DNA of 64,000 nt from Podarcis bocagei (taxonomy: Eukaryota). The stretch lies in NCBI GenBank assembly GCA_964188305.1, contig OZ076885.1. One strand, written 5' to 3'. A program made the position numbers and the translations under genes. The notes under the pieces were generated by a model. That model was given only the letters and a program-made list of their open reading frames with translations, was not told the origin of the DNA and searched no databases. The first letter of the stretch is position 1. Each line of letters begins with the position of its first letter. Of the stretch, positions 12,704 to 24,459 are shown piece by piece.

Positions 12704-12732
12704 GCGCGCTCACGCGCGCGCGCGCGCACACA
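12704..12732. repeat. (CG)n/(CA)n alternating purine-pyrimidine tract
   Basis: GCGCGCTCACGCGCGCGCGCGCGCACACA. Confidence 0.9.
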
Positions 12733-13544
12733 GAGTGGGTACTTGGATATCTGTTGTATATCCAAGGTGATTTGTTCCCTTGACCTACCAGTCTGAAGTG
12801 AAGTACCTGCAAAAGACTTGTCTCCCTGACCAGTGGGAGAGGAACCTTGGGCGAGGGAGGTAAGCAGCCAATTCAATTTCTCGGTGTACTGCACTGCTCA
12901 GAGTCCTAAATCAGAGCAGCTTATTTATAGTCTGCCAGCAAGGTTTGTCTTGTTTGGATGTCTCAGGGTCATGGTTTTGCTGGAAGCAACATAAGGAATG
13001 CTTGAGGCCTAGGGGGAATCACCCTGGGCTCCCAAAGGCTTCCTTGCCTTCCTGGAGACAACTGAGGATGCATTTACTATTCATCATCAGCTCAATGGTT
13101 CTGTTCTTCTTTTCACCAAAGAGGCCAACACCAGTGTAAGCACTATATGAAAAATCTATATGTTCACATGGTGAAACTATGGTTGTCTGGTATTATTGCA
13201 CAGGGAATTTTAAATTCTTTACTGTACTTCTTTTTCTATCGGAGACACTTTATAAAACAAACATTGATTGTGGACTAATCACAGAGACTTCTTTTCACAA
13301 AAATAAGAGTCCATTAATAATGAAACAGATAAGGACACCTATCACTTCCAAAGTAAAATATGCAATATAACTTATTGGACTCAGTAAGTCTTTCTTCCCA
13401 GTAAACATGCATCGAATCAAGGTGCAACTGCATGTGTATCTCACACATAAAACAGCCAAGTTTTGTGGTTTGTATATCCATTCAGGTTCCACTATACTGA
13501 GCCTGAATGGGGGGGACCCACATGAAATCAGAATCAATCAATAT

Positions 13545-14120
13545 AAAAATATGTATTAAAACAATATCTTAAAAGCCTAGGCAAATAAAGAGGTTTATAC
13601 ATGGTGTCAAAAAAGCACCACATTTGTTGACTGGTATGCTTTCCCAGGAAGGGCATTCCAAAGACGAGGTACCACCACCACAAAGGTCCTATCTTGGGTC
13701 ACCACCCACCTCGCCTTCGAAGGCAGGGGGACCTGAAGAAGGCCCCTGGAAAGGATCTCCACAACCAGGCAGGTTCGAGTAACAGCAAGAAATCCTTGAA
13801 GTTTTTCTGTTCGATGTCATATAAGGCAAGGCCAGCACTTTCAGATGTGCCTGGAAGAGGCCTTGGAACCAGTGCAACTGCTTTAAAGCAAGCGGGAAAT
13901 GATCCAAATGCCCAGACCCATTCAAAAGCATGTTGCACCATTTGAAGTTCCCATACATTATCCAAAGGCAGCTCAATGTGCAACACATTTCAGTAATCTA
14001 AACAGGATAGAACCACAGCATGGATGACTGTGGCCAGCTGTCCCTGTCCAAAAGGGATCACAGCTGGCACACCAGCTGATGCTGGTGGAAAGTGCTCAGT
14101 GCCACCACTTGGGTCTCCCA
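13545..14120 (-). mobile_element. Old L2 LINE 3' fragment
   Basis: GGGCATTCCA...CCACCAC and CAGTAATCTAAACAGGATAGAACCACAGCATGGATGACTGTGGCCAG, homologous to the L2 at 63190-64000 (ATVIHA..TSRLDY region). Confidence 0.75.
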
Positions 14121-15474
14121 AGACCATCACATTCTGTGTCTACACCAGAGCCTTCACAAACTCTCTGGGTTAATTTGCCACATATGTTTTAGCAGTATCC
14201 TGGAAAAACATTCAAATGGCCATACCTTTGGCAATTTGCAATGCCATTGCTTTCCATTGCCTGAAACCACAAATTACTGTATTATGTTCTCGAGTTTCCT
14301 TACTTGATCTAACTAGAAGGGAGATCAGACTTTTAGAAAGCAGGACTGAAACAGAAACAAAGCTTTGAATGATCACTTAAGTGCTTGATCTGGTCAGCCC
14401 CATGCGTTTAGTCCTCCCTAGTTCAAGTTATTAACCTAAATCACCAGTAGTGTCCGTATGGTATTAGGAAGCCTATATATTTTCTGTCAAGTGATGACAC
14501 CATTAACCAGACCCTGGAGGATTTTTTTTAAAAAAATACAAAACAAAACAGTGATGACTCCCAGTTAATTAATGCAGGCTGGAATTGTGACGCTGTGGAA
14601 TAATCTACTTTTAGCAGAAAATGTGGTCGCATCTCTCAAGACTCAGCTCATCCAGCTGCCCTTTAGCTGACTTCCATTTTGTCATCCCCATCCCATTTCA
14701 CTAACCTCCTTTGTTCTCCAATGCAACATTACACCGTATTAATCAAAATAAAGTAGCCGCAAACTTCATTTGCTTAAAAAAAGTTGCCAGCTTCCTCGAA
14801 AAATTCACTTGATCAGCACATGAGAAAAGCCATTTTTCATCATTGCACCCTGCAGCCTTCGCTCTTTGTAGACCAGCTACTCTTTCTTTGACTCAACATC
14901 TTATTTTTCTAGCACGTAGTTTAGAAGACTAAGGAACACCAAGTGACCCAGTTTTGCCTCTCTAACAGCCCAATCTATAAATTCCTTCAGATGGATATGG
15001 TTACATTAGCCTGGCCCCATGCGTAGGTACAAGAATCAGTATCTTGTAGTTTGTGGCAGCCTGGGGTGTGCTGTGGGGATGGAGCCTTTGCAGAATATAT
15101 TTCCATTGCATGTCCACTTTTATATGTAGCTGGGAGGTATGTCTGTGCCTTAAATTTCCACTTCTCCACTCCCAGTTTGTAATATCATGGAACCTTTTAT
15201 CACGCTTCCCATTTCTGTGCCCCTATTCTAAGGATGGGGAACCTCAGCCTCTGCAGGTTTTTTTTAATCTGGTCCTTGGGATTTCCTTAGACATCCCCCG
15301 CTCTCTAGGCTGCAACCTTACCTGTCCCAGCTCTGTGTCCTCCTCAAGTGCTTTTGCTTGGCTAGAACATGTCCTGTAATGTGTGCAGAAACCTCTGGCT
15401 TTTGCATGCCTGGAATGCAAAAGGGAAGAAAACCTGAGCACCAGTAGTAGAGTGTTCGAGTGGAACCAGGGAAA

Positions 15475-15833
15475 GGTAAAGGTACCCCTGACCTTTAGGT
15501 CCAGTCACAGATGACTCTGGGGTTGTGGCGCTCATCTCGCTCTATGGGCCGAGGGAGCTGGCGTTTGTCCACAGACAGCTTCTGGGTCATGTGGCCAGCA
15601 TGACTAAGCCGCTTCTGGTGAACCAGAGTAGTGCACGGAAACACCGTTTACCTTCTCGCCGGAGCGGTACCTATTTATCTACTTGCACTTTGCCGTGCTT
15701 TCAAACTGCTAGGTGGGCAGGAGCTGGGACCAAACAACAGAAACTCACCCCATCACGGGGATTCGAACCGCTGACCTTCTGATCGACAAGCCCTAGGCTC
15801 TGTGGTATAGACAACAGTGCCACCCACATCCCT
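15475..15833 (-). mobile_element. Full-length Sauria SINE (Squam1)
   Basis: tRNA-like head (GGTTCGAATCCC on minus), ACCTTT tail, 15-bp TSD GTGGAACCAGGGAAA at 15460-15474 and 15834-15848. Confidence 0.95.
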
Positions 15834-15870
15834 GTGGAACCAGGGAAACTCAGATTCACATCCCACTACG

Positions 15871-16090
15871 TGTTATGACATGAAATAATAATATTGTATC
15901 TCATCTGGGGCCAGCAGGAGGCTAGAAGATGCTCAGGAAGGTGACTGCTGTGGCTGCACTACCTGCACATCAGCTGTTAGGCAGGGAGGCTGAACAGCAT
16001 AAATAAAGCCCAGCTGTACCTCAAGTCTCTTTGGGGCTTCCTCTGTTCTCATTGACATGCTCTTCAGGCTCCAGAGAGGGTCTCCTTACA
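15871..16090 (+). mobile_element. Probable decayed solo LTR related to the LTR at 40373
   Basis: TGTTATG...CCTTACA ends; CTCATCTGGGGCCAGCAGGAGG resembles CTCACCCTGGGCCAGCAGGGGG of the 40373 LTR (minus); no clear TSD. Confidence 0.4.
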
Positions 16091-19000
16091 AGCCACGATG
16101 ACTCTCCAGCTCTCTCTCGCCATTTCTGGGTTTGAATTGAATTATTTCTTTATTTCCTGGCAATGCATGTATATGCAGCAGCGCGCAAGTCAGTCATGCG
16201 TAAGTGGGCGGAAGCCTTACCCCCAAATGAATGAATGATTTGGGCAAGATTTGAACTAGGGATTTCTCAGCCCACAGCTTGGCTCTTGTCCACTATGCTA
16301 CACCTGTTTGCTATGCTATAGTGCAGTAATGAGTTGCCACTAGTCAGGCCAATAAATGTCTGTGTCTGAAACCAGCAAAAGAGGTGTTGAAAAATCTTAG
16401 AAGGATTAACAACATAAAGATCCTTATCCATAAATTCTACCCTTTGGGTGGAAAATCCACCATTCCAGTGCACATATTAAGGACCCATTCGCACAAATAG
16501 GACTAGGCAAATCATGCTAGATAACAACAGAACCAACAAAATGGGTAATGGCTGCCAATCTAGGAGAAACAATAAAAAGTAATGATAACATAACATTTTG
16601 AAGTCAAAATTGGTTGACTTGAATGATATGGCTTGAATGATATGACCTGAATGGTATTTCCTCCCAGGAACAGACACCGGTGAGGATGCTGACTTAAAAA
16701 AATATCCATCTACTGTATGCACCACTGTTCAGGCAGGGTACAAAATAGCTTTTTAAAAGTATATTATGTGAACAGACTGGTCCCACTAGTTTTCCAGAAA
16801 GGGAAAGTTCACATTTATTATAACATGCTTAAGCATAGCACTGTGAAAGAAAGGGAGCTTTTAAAAGGATCTTAGATAAAAGGGGAAAAGACAAATGTGC
16901 TGTACAAAACACAGTTGTGGTTACAATAAGAAAAGGCGGGTGATGAGCATATCTATCCATTGCATGCAATCCACTTCTCACTGAAGACAATGATGAATAA
17001 GGCAGGAAGGTGACCCCACTTAACTGAATTATTGTAGCCATTTAAAGCATTCCAACCCAGCTTACAATATAAAGCCTTCCAAAACAGCTAACAACAAAGT
17101 GTAAGACCAATTAAAATATAATTAAAATAACAATTTAAACAAAAAGAAATTGCTGTACATATCTTACTTTCAAGGTGGCCAAGTATTGTTTGTGAGTATC
17201 ATTGCTTTCATTCTACAACTCACCTCTCCAGTAGTCTGCACTCTGCAGCCTGCTCAGGCGCCCCTCCAGTTTCTGAATGTCCTCAGTTAGGCTTCACTGT
17301 AAAAACAAGAGTAAAGTCTGTGTACCTGGCTGCTCTCTCTTTTTTAAGTGTGGTATTTTCCCTTTTAAAGAAATCAGTGTGGGAATATTTTTAAAGGTTA
17401 TAAATAATAGCAAGTACACAGATTTTATATTGGAACTGCCTGATCACCAGCCTCCCATGATTCAATTCAAGCTCAAGAGAGGAAGCCATGGGGCATTTTC
17501 AGATCACGAAAGGCAGGTAGTAGAAGAGGCTGCGGCAGGGGTGCCAACTTGAATAAAATATTGGGGAGGTGCAGGTAAGCCCCAGCCTGCATAATCAATC
17601 ACATGATGTGGTGCATGTACACCATTGGAATGGCAATGCCCACCACCTAGCTAGCCACCTCTCAGTGATAAGGAAAACTCAGTTCCCCCCACCAAATCCA
17701 CTGGAATCCTGAGGAAATTCTGATGCATGCTGAGAATGAGGCAGAAAATGGAAGACTCTTTTGCAAGGAAAGAAAACTTCCACAAAATTTGAGAACAGCT
17801 TTTGGCACAGTGTAAATAGTGCACTTGTTTGATTATTGCAGAAATTAGAAACTGTATTATTCTATTGTAGTGTGTTACAATGCCCCCCCCACATTAAATG
17901 ACTTTCTTTTGTGAACTGCAGTGATATCCTCAAATACTCAGCAGTACACCAGAGTCTTAAAATAATTGCTAATTTATAAAAAATCATTCAAATACAAACC
18001 ACAGGAATCATATTTGAAAATAACAGAGTAGATAGCAGCTAACCACCTCTGGAGAGAATATTCTATAACCAGAGCACCACCACTAAAAAGACCCTATTCC
18101 CAGTTTCCACTTGCTTAACCTTTATAAGCAAATGTGCCCAGAGGAGGGATTCTGATGAAGATTTGACGTGTGCCTAAAAGCCTGGCAGGCCATCTTACTC
18201 TATGGTATTACCCTTTCATGTTTTAATTAAACTTAAACATGTTGGTTATATGAGGCTGGTTATCCCACAGTTTCTTGGGTAAGTGGCATATGCTGCTTTA
18301 GGTAAGCCTCAGTTTGAACTCAAAGACACAAGGCACACTTACTCTGAATATGAATGAGCTGTTGAAAGTAATAGATGGAGCAGAATTGCACCCATAGACC
18401 ATAGGTTTGGAAGAATGCATGGAGGTACTTAGGTCCAGGGTATGTGGGTGTAATCCTGCTCCCACTTCCACATATTCATTTCTACACAAATGAATTTATG
18501 AACAGGCCTTGTGCTTAAGTGAAATGATCCCAGCTTTTGTCTTACATTCTGGAAGTTTGTAAAAACCTGACCCTAAGAGCTACCGATAGATGCTGAGGAG
18601 AGGTGCTTCAGATCCTTCAGGAATGTACTACCGCTGCAGCTTTTCAATACTGAATACAGACACGTAAAAGCATGATGGTGAACCTCGTGCCATCATGGTG
18701 CCCCACAATATATTTAACTAGCATGGCTGAAATACAAAGATAATGTTGAAAGGCAGAGACCCTTACAATCATCAGGCTTGGTTTGCACCCACAACCCCCT
18801 CGAAGACACCAAGGGTTTCCCTTTTTGCTCAGTGTGCTGTGTGTGTTTCTCTACCACATAATTTCCTGAGCAATAAATCCATTTAAAATGCCCTCCCATT
18901 ATTCTGGCTACTGTCTGCATTGTATTATCAAAACCTGTGTTCGTGGCATACTTGTGGGGGTGGGAATGTGCGTATGAATAGGGAACATATCTGAAAAACC

Positions 19001-19465
19001 CCTGAATACAATAGCATTCTTTCCCTTTGTGGTCTTAGTGCAATCTCTCTGTATGCCTGTATACATCTCTCTCTGTGAGAAATGTTTCTCCCCCCTCCCC
19101 CTATATTTTTTTATTGTTATTGCATTAGCTAGAATTTACATCTTGATTTTTTTTATTTAAACGCTAGTAGTTCAGACCCTGCTTGTTGTCTAAGTGTGTG
19201 TGTGTGTTTTGTGCGTAGCATTATTTTTTTAAAAAACACACAACAACAACATTATAGAGAATGGCCTATGATACATTTCCACACTCTCTTGATGGATAGC
19301 AGGGAGCAAAATACCTTACAAGAGCCAAGTCTCCGACTCTTGTTAATCTCAGATTCCTTTTATGATGTCTTAACATGGTAAAGAGCTGTTATATGTGAGA
19401 CTATCTTTATTAAGAAAAAAGGGAGGGGGCACCCAAGTAGAGTTTTTATGTTGTGCCCTATGCAG

Positions 19466-19637
19466 NNNNNNNNNNNNNNNNNNNNNNNNNNNNNNNNNNN
19501 NNNNNNNNNNNNNNNNNNNNNNNNNNNNNNNNNNNNNNNNNNNNNNNNNNNNNNNNNNNNNNNNNNNNNNNNNNNNNNNNNNNNNNNNNNNNNNNNNNNN
19601 NNNNNNNNNNNNNNNNNNNNNNNNNNNNNNNNNNNNN
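19466..19637. other. N-run, 172 nt
   Basis: Direct reading. Confidence 1.
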
Positions 19638-20159
19638 TGGATAGCGTAAATGACAGCTACACTGCAGCTGAGGCCCAGGTGTGAGACTGGGGAAAGGACT
19701 GATTTAAGAATGCTGGGTAATCAGGAATGTATAGTCTCCTGGACTTTAATTTGTATCTTTAACCTCCTATAAATATCTCTCTGGATAGTGTGTGGAGCAG
19801 GTATGTGTTTTTAAAGAGCCTGATCATGAAATTAGCTTTGGAATGACAGCCATTCTCTGCTCTCCTTTAACTGCTGATTACCCCAGCTCCCAGTATGCAT
19901 TAACAAATGCATGCTGAGCGTTGGCCACTGTACTGTGGGCTCCACAATTTAATTATTACCTCATTGATTTTTCATGTATTTCAATTTTCTGTTCTTCAAG
20001 TCAGAGTGGCTCTTCTATTGGGGCAATGTTTGTTTTCTCTTTCCCAAGATTTCCTTGTGGAATTTATATGGAGTCAAATATTTGTTTGGGCGTGTGTGGT
20101 TTCCCCCCCTCCTTTTTTTTTTTTAACCCTTCAGGAATGTACAGTACCATTGTTGCAGT

Positions 20160-20640
20160 CTTGTCAGCTGCTGGTCAGTTAAATCAGACACAGAAAAGCA
20201 TGATGGTGCAATGGAGTTACAGAATCTAAATAAAAATAATGTGTTGACTATGGGAAAAATCACTAACAGAAAGCGCCTTCTTTTTCAAATTGTTTCTCTT
20301 TAGTATGCATTAAAGATCATGCATAATTTGCATCTATTAGCATTTTATTATTCCACTGGCACTGGGGAAAGGAAAATGAAAACAATTATTGTATCCTCCA
20401 TGGACATTTCTTTACTTAGAACTATTTTATAATAAATCATTTTTCCCCTTTAATGGCATACAGTATGTGGTTATGCCAGGAAATAATAAGAACGATATAC
20501 TGTAACATTTTAAAAGCACAGGAAGTGAGACTTCATTTATGTGCCATTTCATCTAAAGCTTTGAAGCCTCTCAAGTCACAAACATCCTATGTCTGTCTTA
20601 TCAGCAGACAACCATTTATATCAAACCAAGCGACTGTGTC
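20160..20640. promoter_or_regulatory. Candidate CNE/enhancer
   Basis: TE-free block with octamer ATTTGCAT (20326) overlapping ATGCATAAT, plus homeodomain TAAT/ATTA cores. Confidence 0.4.
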
Positions 20641-20652
20641 AAATGTGGGGGA

Positions 20653-20877
20653 AGGGATGGAGCTCAAGTGCTGGAGCAACTGCTTTGAATAAGACGGTCC
20701 CAGGTTCAACCCCTGGCATCTCCAGGTGGCATTAGGAAACACTCCTGTGATTCCTGCCTTGCTGGGGTTGGACTCATGGTCCCTTCCAACTCTGTGATTC
20801 TATGAAACCCCGGAGAACTGCAAGCCAGTGTAGATAACACTGAGCAAGATGGGCCAGTGGTCTGACTCAGTATAAGG
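20653..20877 (+). mobile_element. Squam2-like SINE interrupted by a CR1 3'-end fragment (~20749-20805)
   Basis: GGTCCCAGGTTCAACCCCTGGCATCTCCAGGT head; nested GGTTGGAC...GGTCCCTTCCAACTCTGTGATTCTATGA CR1 tail; SINE resumes at AACCCCGGAGAACTG. Confidence 0.8.
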
Positions 20878-21096
20878 TGGATTCCAGCGTTAGAATTTGG
20901 GGTGACTTAGATTTTGACAGCTGTATGTGTGTGCATCAGTGGGCCTTATCTATTCTTATCTTCCATTTGGCTTTCAGAAATAGCATAAGAAACTTCCTCT
21001 AAGATTTCGATGGTCACGATTTACCACCCAAGTATTATCCGTTCATCCAACCTTTTTGTCTACAAATGACTAGCATTTTGGGGTTGCATCCTGCCT

Positions 21097-21190
21097 GAGG
21101 CTGCAATTCTGACACCATTTACCTGGGGTATATTCCCTATTGAATTCAAAGGGACCTATTTCTCCAGTAGAGATGGTTAGGATAATAGGA
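21097..21190. mobile_element. Palindromic Harbinger-like (Chompy-type) MITE
   Basis: GGCTGCAATTC...TTACCTGGG...ATTGAATTCAAAGGGAC...AGGAT; similar copies near 8570, 44540, 61990, 62600. Confidence 0.5.
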
Positions 21191-21357
21191 CCAGAGACTT
21201 AAGTCAAGCTTAGAATAGAAAATAATGATTCATTGATCTCAAAAGCTTTACTCAGAGCGTGATCAAGTCTGGATGCAAACCATAGTTCTTCACTTTCCAT
21301 AGCCAGCAGTGGGGTGCAGATAGGCACACAATTATAGTCTATGAATTTTCCCCAATA

Positions 21358-21392
21358 TGTTGTTGTTTAGTTATTTAGTCGTGTCCGATTCC
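21358..21392 (-). mobile_element. Extremely 5'-truncated Bov-B 3' end
   Basis: TGTTGTTGTTTAGTTATTTAGTCGTGTCCGA matches the Bov-B terminus at 28775 and 51268. Confidence 0.65.
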
Positions 21393-21707
21393 AATGCATC
21401 ATAGTTATTCACACCTGTGCTACTCAACTTTTTGCTGATCCACCAGGAAAATGTGGGCAGTGCCCTTGGAATTTGTCGGTTTTTATCTGTGTTGGATTAG
21501 GGTGTGGTTGCACATTAACTTACAGTATAAGACATGGAAGGACACCAGCTGAAAACTTCAGAGGACCAAAAAAAGGGGGGTGCCTTTGTACACACTTGCA
21601 ATTGAAAAACTGTACACTCCTTTGAAAAAGGCTCATTTAAAAGAGGTAAAACTAATTTTGCTAGAAGATATGTTTTCATTAAGGACAAAGCAATGGATCT
21701 GATAGAG

Positions 21708-22331
21708 CAGTGTTTCCCAACCGGTGTTCCGCGGCACACGAGTGTGCCGTGAGACATCGGCTGGTGTGCCGCGAGATGCCTGGAGGGAGGCGGGCGAGTC
21801 GGGCGGCGAGAGGCGGGGCGGCGGCGGCGAGGAGAGGCCGCGCCTCCTGCTGCTGCCTGGCGCTCCTCCTCGCAGCCGGCAGCGCTGCCTGGGCACCTCC
21901 GCGCGACTCTGCCTCGCTGGGTTTGGTCTCCTTTGGCACCTCCCTCCCTCCCTCAGCCTGCACGGAGGGAGAGCCAGAGAGAGGCATCGCTCCTGCGCGG
22001 CGGGAGAGGGAGCAGCCGGAGCGATGCCCCAAACGAAGGCATGGGACCGGAGGGGAAATCCTCTCCGAGGAGGATTGAGCGCAGCTGAGAGAAGCCTTTC
22101 GAGGAGCTGCCGTGTCCCCTGGAAACCCCCTTCCCAGCTCTGCCTGCCTGCCTGCCCAAAGCTTGGAGGTTCCCCGGCAAGGGGGAGGGGAAAAACTTTC
22201 ACTTTTGTGCATCCCTCCCGGCGTGACGCTGCGCGCTGACGTCACAGGGCGGGGCTTTAATGGTGGTGTGCCGCGAGATTTTTTTTCAGTAAACAGGTGT
22301 GCCGTTGCCCAAAAACGTTTGGGAAACACTG
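21708..22331. mobile_element. Young non-autonomous hAT (Charlie-like) element, 624 bp, CpG-rich interior
   Basis: TIR CAGTGTTTCCCAA / TTGGGAAACACTG; perfect 8-bp TSD TGATAGAG (21700-21707, 22332-22339); subterminal TGTGCCG repeats. Confidence 0.95.
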
Positions 22332-22552
22332 TGATAGAGTAAGGAAATATTTACATTGTAGGATGACTATGCTAAAGAGTACACACACAAACACACACAC
22401 AGCCATATTTATTACATATTATTGCTGATAAATTAAATAGACCAGAGGATGATGATGATGATAATAATAGTTGATAACTTTTCTTAAGATGGTATCTCAA
22501 AGCAATTGACTTTTAAAATGTGTGGGATACTGCAACAGAAAGGACAGGCTTA

Positions 22553-23736
22553 GGACTTCTGGCACAGCCACTATGGAGAACTGCCGATCCCATGGTCGTG
22601 GATTCCAGCCGTGCAGTTAATTCAGGATAATTTGGGAGTAATTATCCTTGCAAGGCCCCCCCTCGAGTTGGGGGGGGAGAGCTTTCTCTCACAGATCGTC
22701 CAGTAACTGCTTCTCACTCCGATGGAATGTGGGGGCAGGGATGCAGAGGGCATAGCACTGCACGTGTTGGAAACTCCACAAGGCAGTCACCATGAGCGGA
22801 GGTATCTCTGTTTCTTTTAAGATGTATCTGAATTTGGACTTAAGAAACAGACGTGTTTTGGAAGAAGGAGAAAGATAACCTGCGAAATGAATCAGCCACT
22901 GAGGGCCAAGGTTTTGATCTGGATAGGACTCTCTTTATCGTAACTGGAATGCTACGTAAGCGAAGGGAGCCTTTGTTCTCTTTATACATTATTTTTGCTG
23001 TGCTATGAATCAGCAAGCCTTCACTGGAAAAGAATAAATTACTAATGGAAGGAAATTACTAATGGATTACAACTATATATGGAATGCAAGCAGGATTCAA
23101 CTTTTTTTTTATGGAGTGCTTGAAAGAACAGACTGTGTGAAATACTGTGATGATTTGTAACATTTCCAACTAAACAGAGCTCTAGTTCTGATTTATGATG
23201 GTTTTGGTGAGATGCCAGCTCGTTAGAAGAAATAAGGAGATAAACACTGAAAGTAAGTCAGAAGTTGCGGCCGGAGTTCTTTCAGCTTTCGGCTTCAGAG
23301 AGGCAAAGCTATGACGCACCTAGAAATGAGCTTTCGAAGGAGGGGCAATGTTGAAGAAAATTGACTGATTACAACATGAAGGAAATGAAGAAGGTAAACA
23401 AATATTTCACACAGCTACAGGATATAAATTCCATCTGCAAGTTAATGGATTTGGATTTATTAAACACAATCGAAAGTCATCGCATCAGTGGCTGCTAGAA
23501 CAAAGGATTAAGATTGGAATTGTGGAACTTGGACTAATTAAGATAATTGGTGCAGGATCAAGGAATAACATCAACTCCTGATAGCCAGAACATGGGAAGT
23601 CATCCAAAAATGTTTAATTCGGAACTATTTAATTGGCTCTTTTGATTGTATTGTGATTTGGCATGATTTGGCATTGTATTAATGTGGCCTCCAATGGATT
23701 GTTATTAATGAAAAATTAATAAAAATTAATTTAAAG
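22553..23736 (+). mobile_element. Short L1-type non-autonomous retroelement with both ends (~1.2 kb)
   Basis: Starts GGACTTCTGG (cf. GGACTTCCGG of the 11973 element); GGGAAGTC 3' motif at 23594; AATAAA plus A-rich end; TSD AGGACAGGCTTA (22541-22552, 23740-23751); no ORF in the track. Confidence 0.75.
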
Positions 23737-24459
23737 GAGAGGACAGGCTTAAGGTGTGGAGCAGAATTAGTTCTGTTTTAGTTTAGATCTTGTTTGATAA
23801 AAGATTTTAGTAGTTGAAGAACATAGGTACTACTCAGCTGTTCTGTGCTGAAACTGGGAACAGGAAGTGGAAAACTATGCTTTGGGCAGGTCAGCATTTG
23901 CTCAACATCTGGATTTCACACACACACACACATTCTCATTTTTTGGGGGGAAATAATCCATCAATTTTAAAAGAAAATAAACAGTAGACTATATTTGACA
24001 TAGTATCCTCAAATTTCTGTTTGTCTTGTTGACAAATATGGGCTAAGTTGCTGTGAGAAGGTGGCATTCCCTGCCTGAGCATCTCATGAGCACCTCAACA
24101 TCCAGAAGAAACATGCAACTCATATCATAGGAGAGACATTAAGCCAAGCACTTTTTACAGAATGGCATAGCCTGCAGGGAGAAGGAATATAATTACTCTC
24201 TAGAAAAAGTCCAGTTCCCAGCATTCTATCCTGACCAATAAAGGGAACCTAATACCAGGCAATATGGACACTCAACTCAGTCCAGCAGAAGCCACATTCT
24301 AAAGCTGAAGAGGTGAACCTCTGGCCCCAATCAGCCTCAGTTAGCATGGGTGATGCTCAGGGATTTTAAGAGGTGTGTTGACTACATTATAATCCTATAA
24401 CATCTGAAGGACCAAAGGTTAGCCACTGCTGTCGTAAAGGCAGCAAGAATATGTGACCT

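Noticed and set aside
21633-22342. Multiple long overlapping ORFs and an apparent CpG-island promoter
   Set aside because: They lie within a TSD-flanked hAT MITE; GC richness suppresses stop codons.
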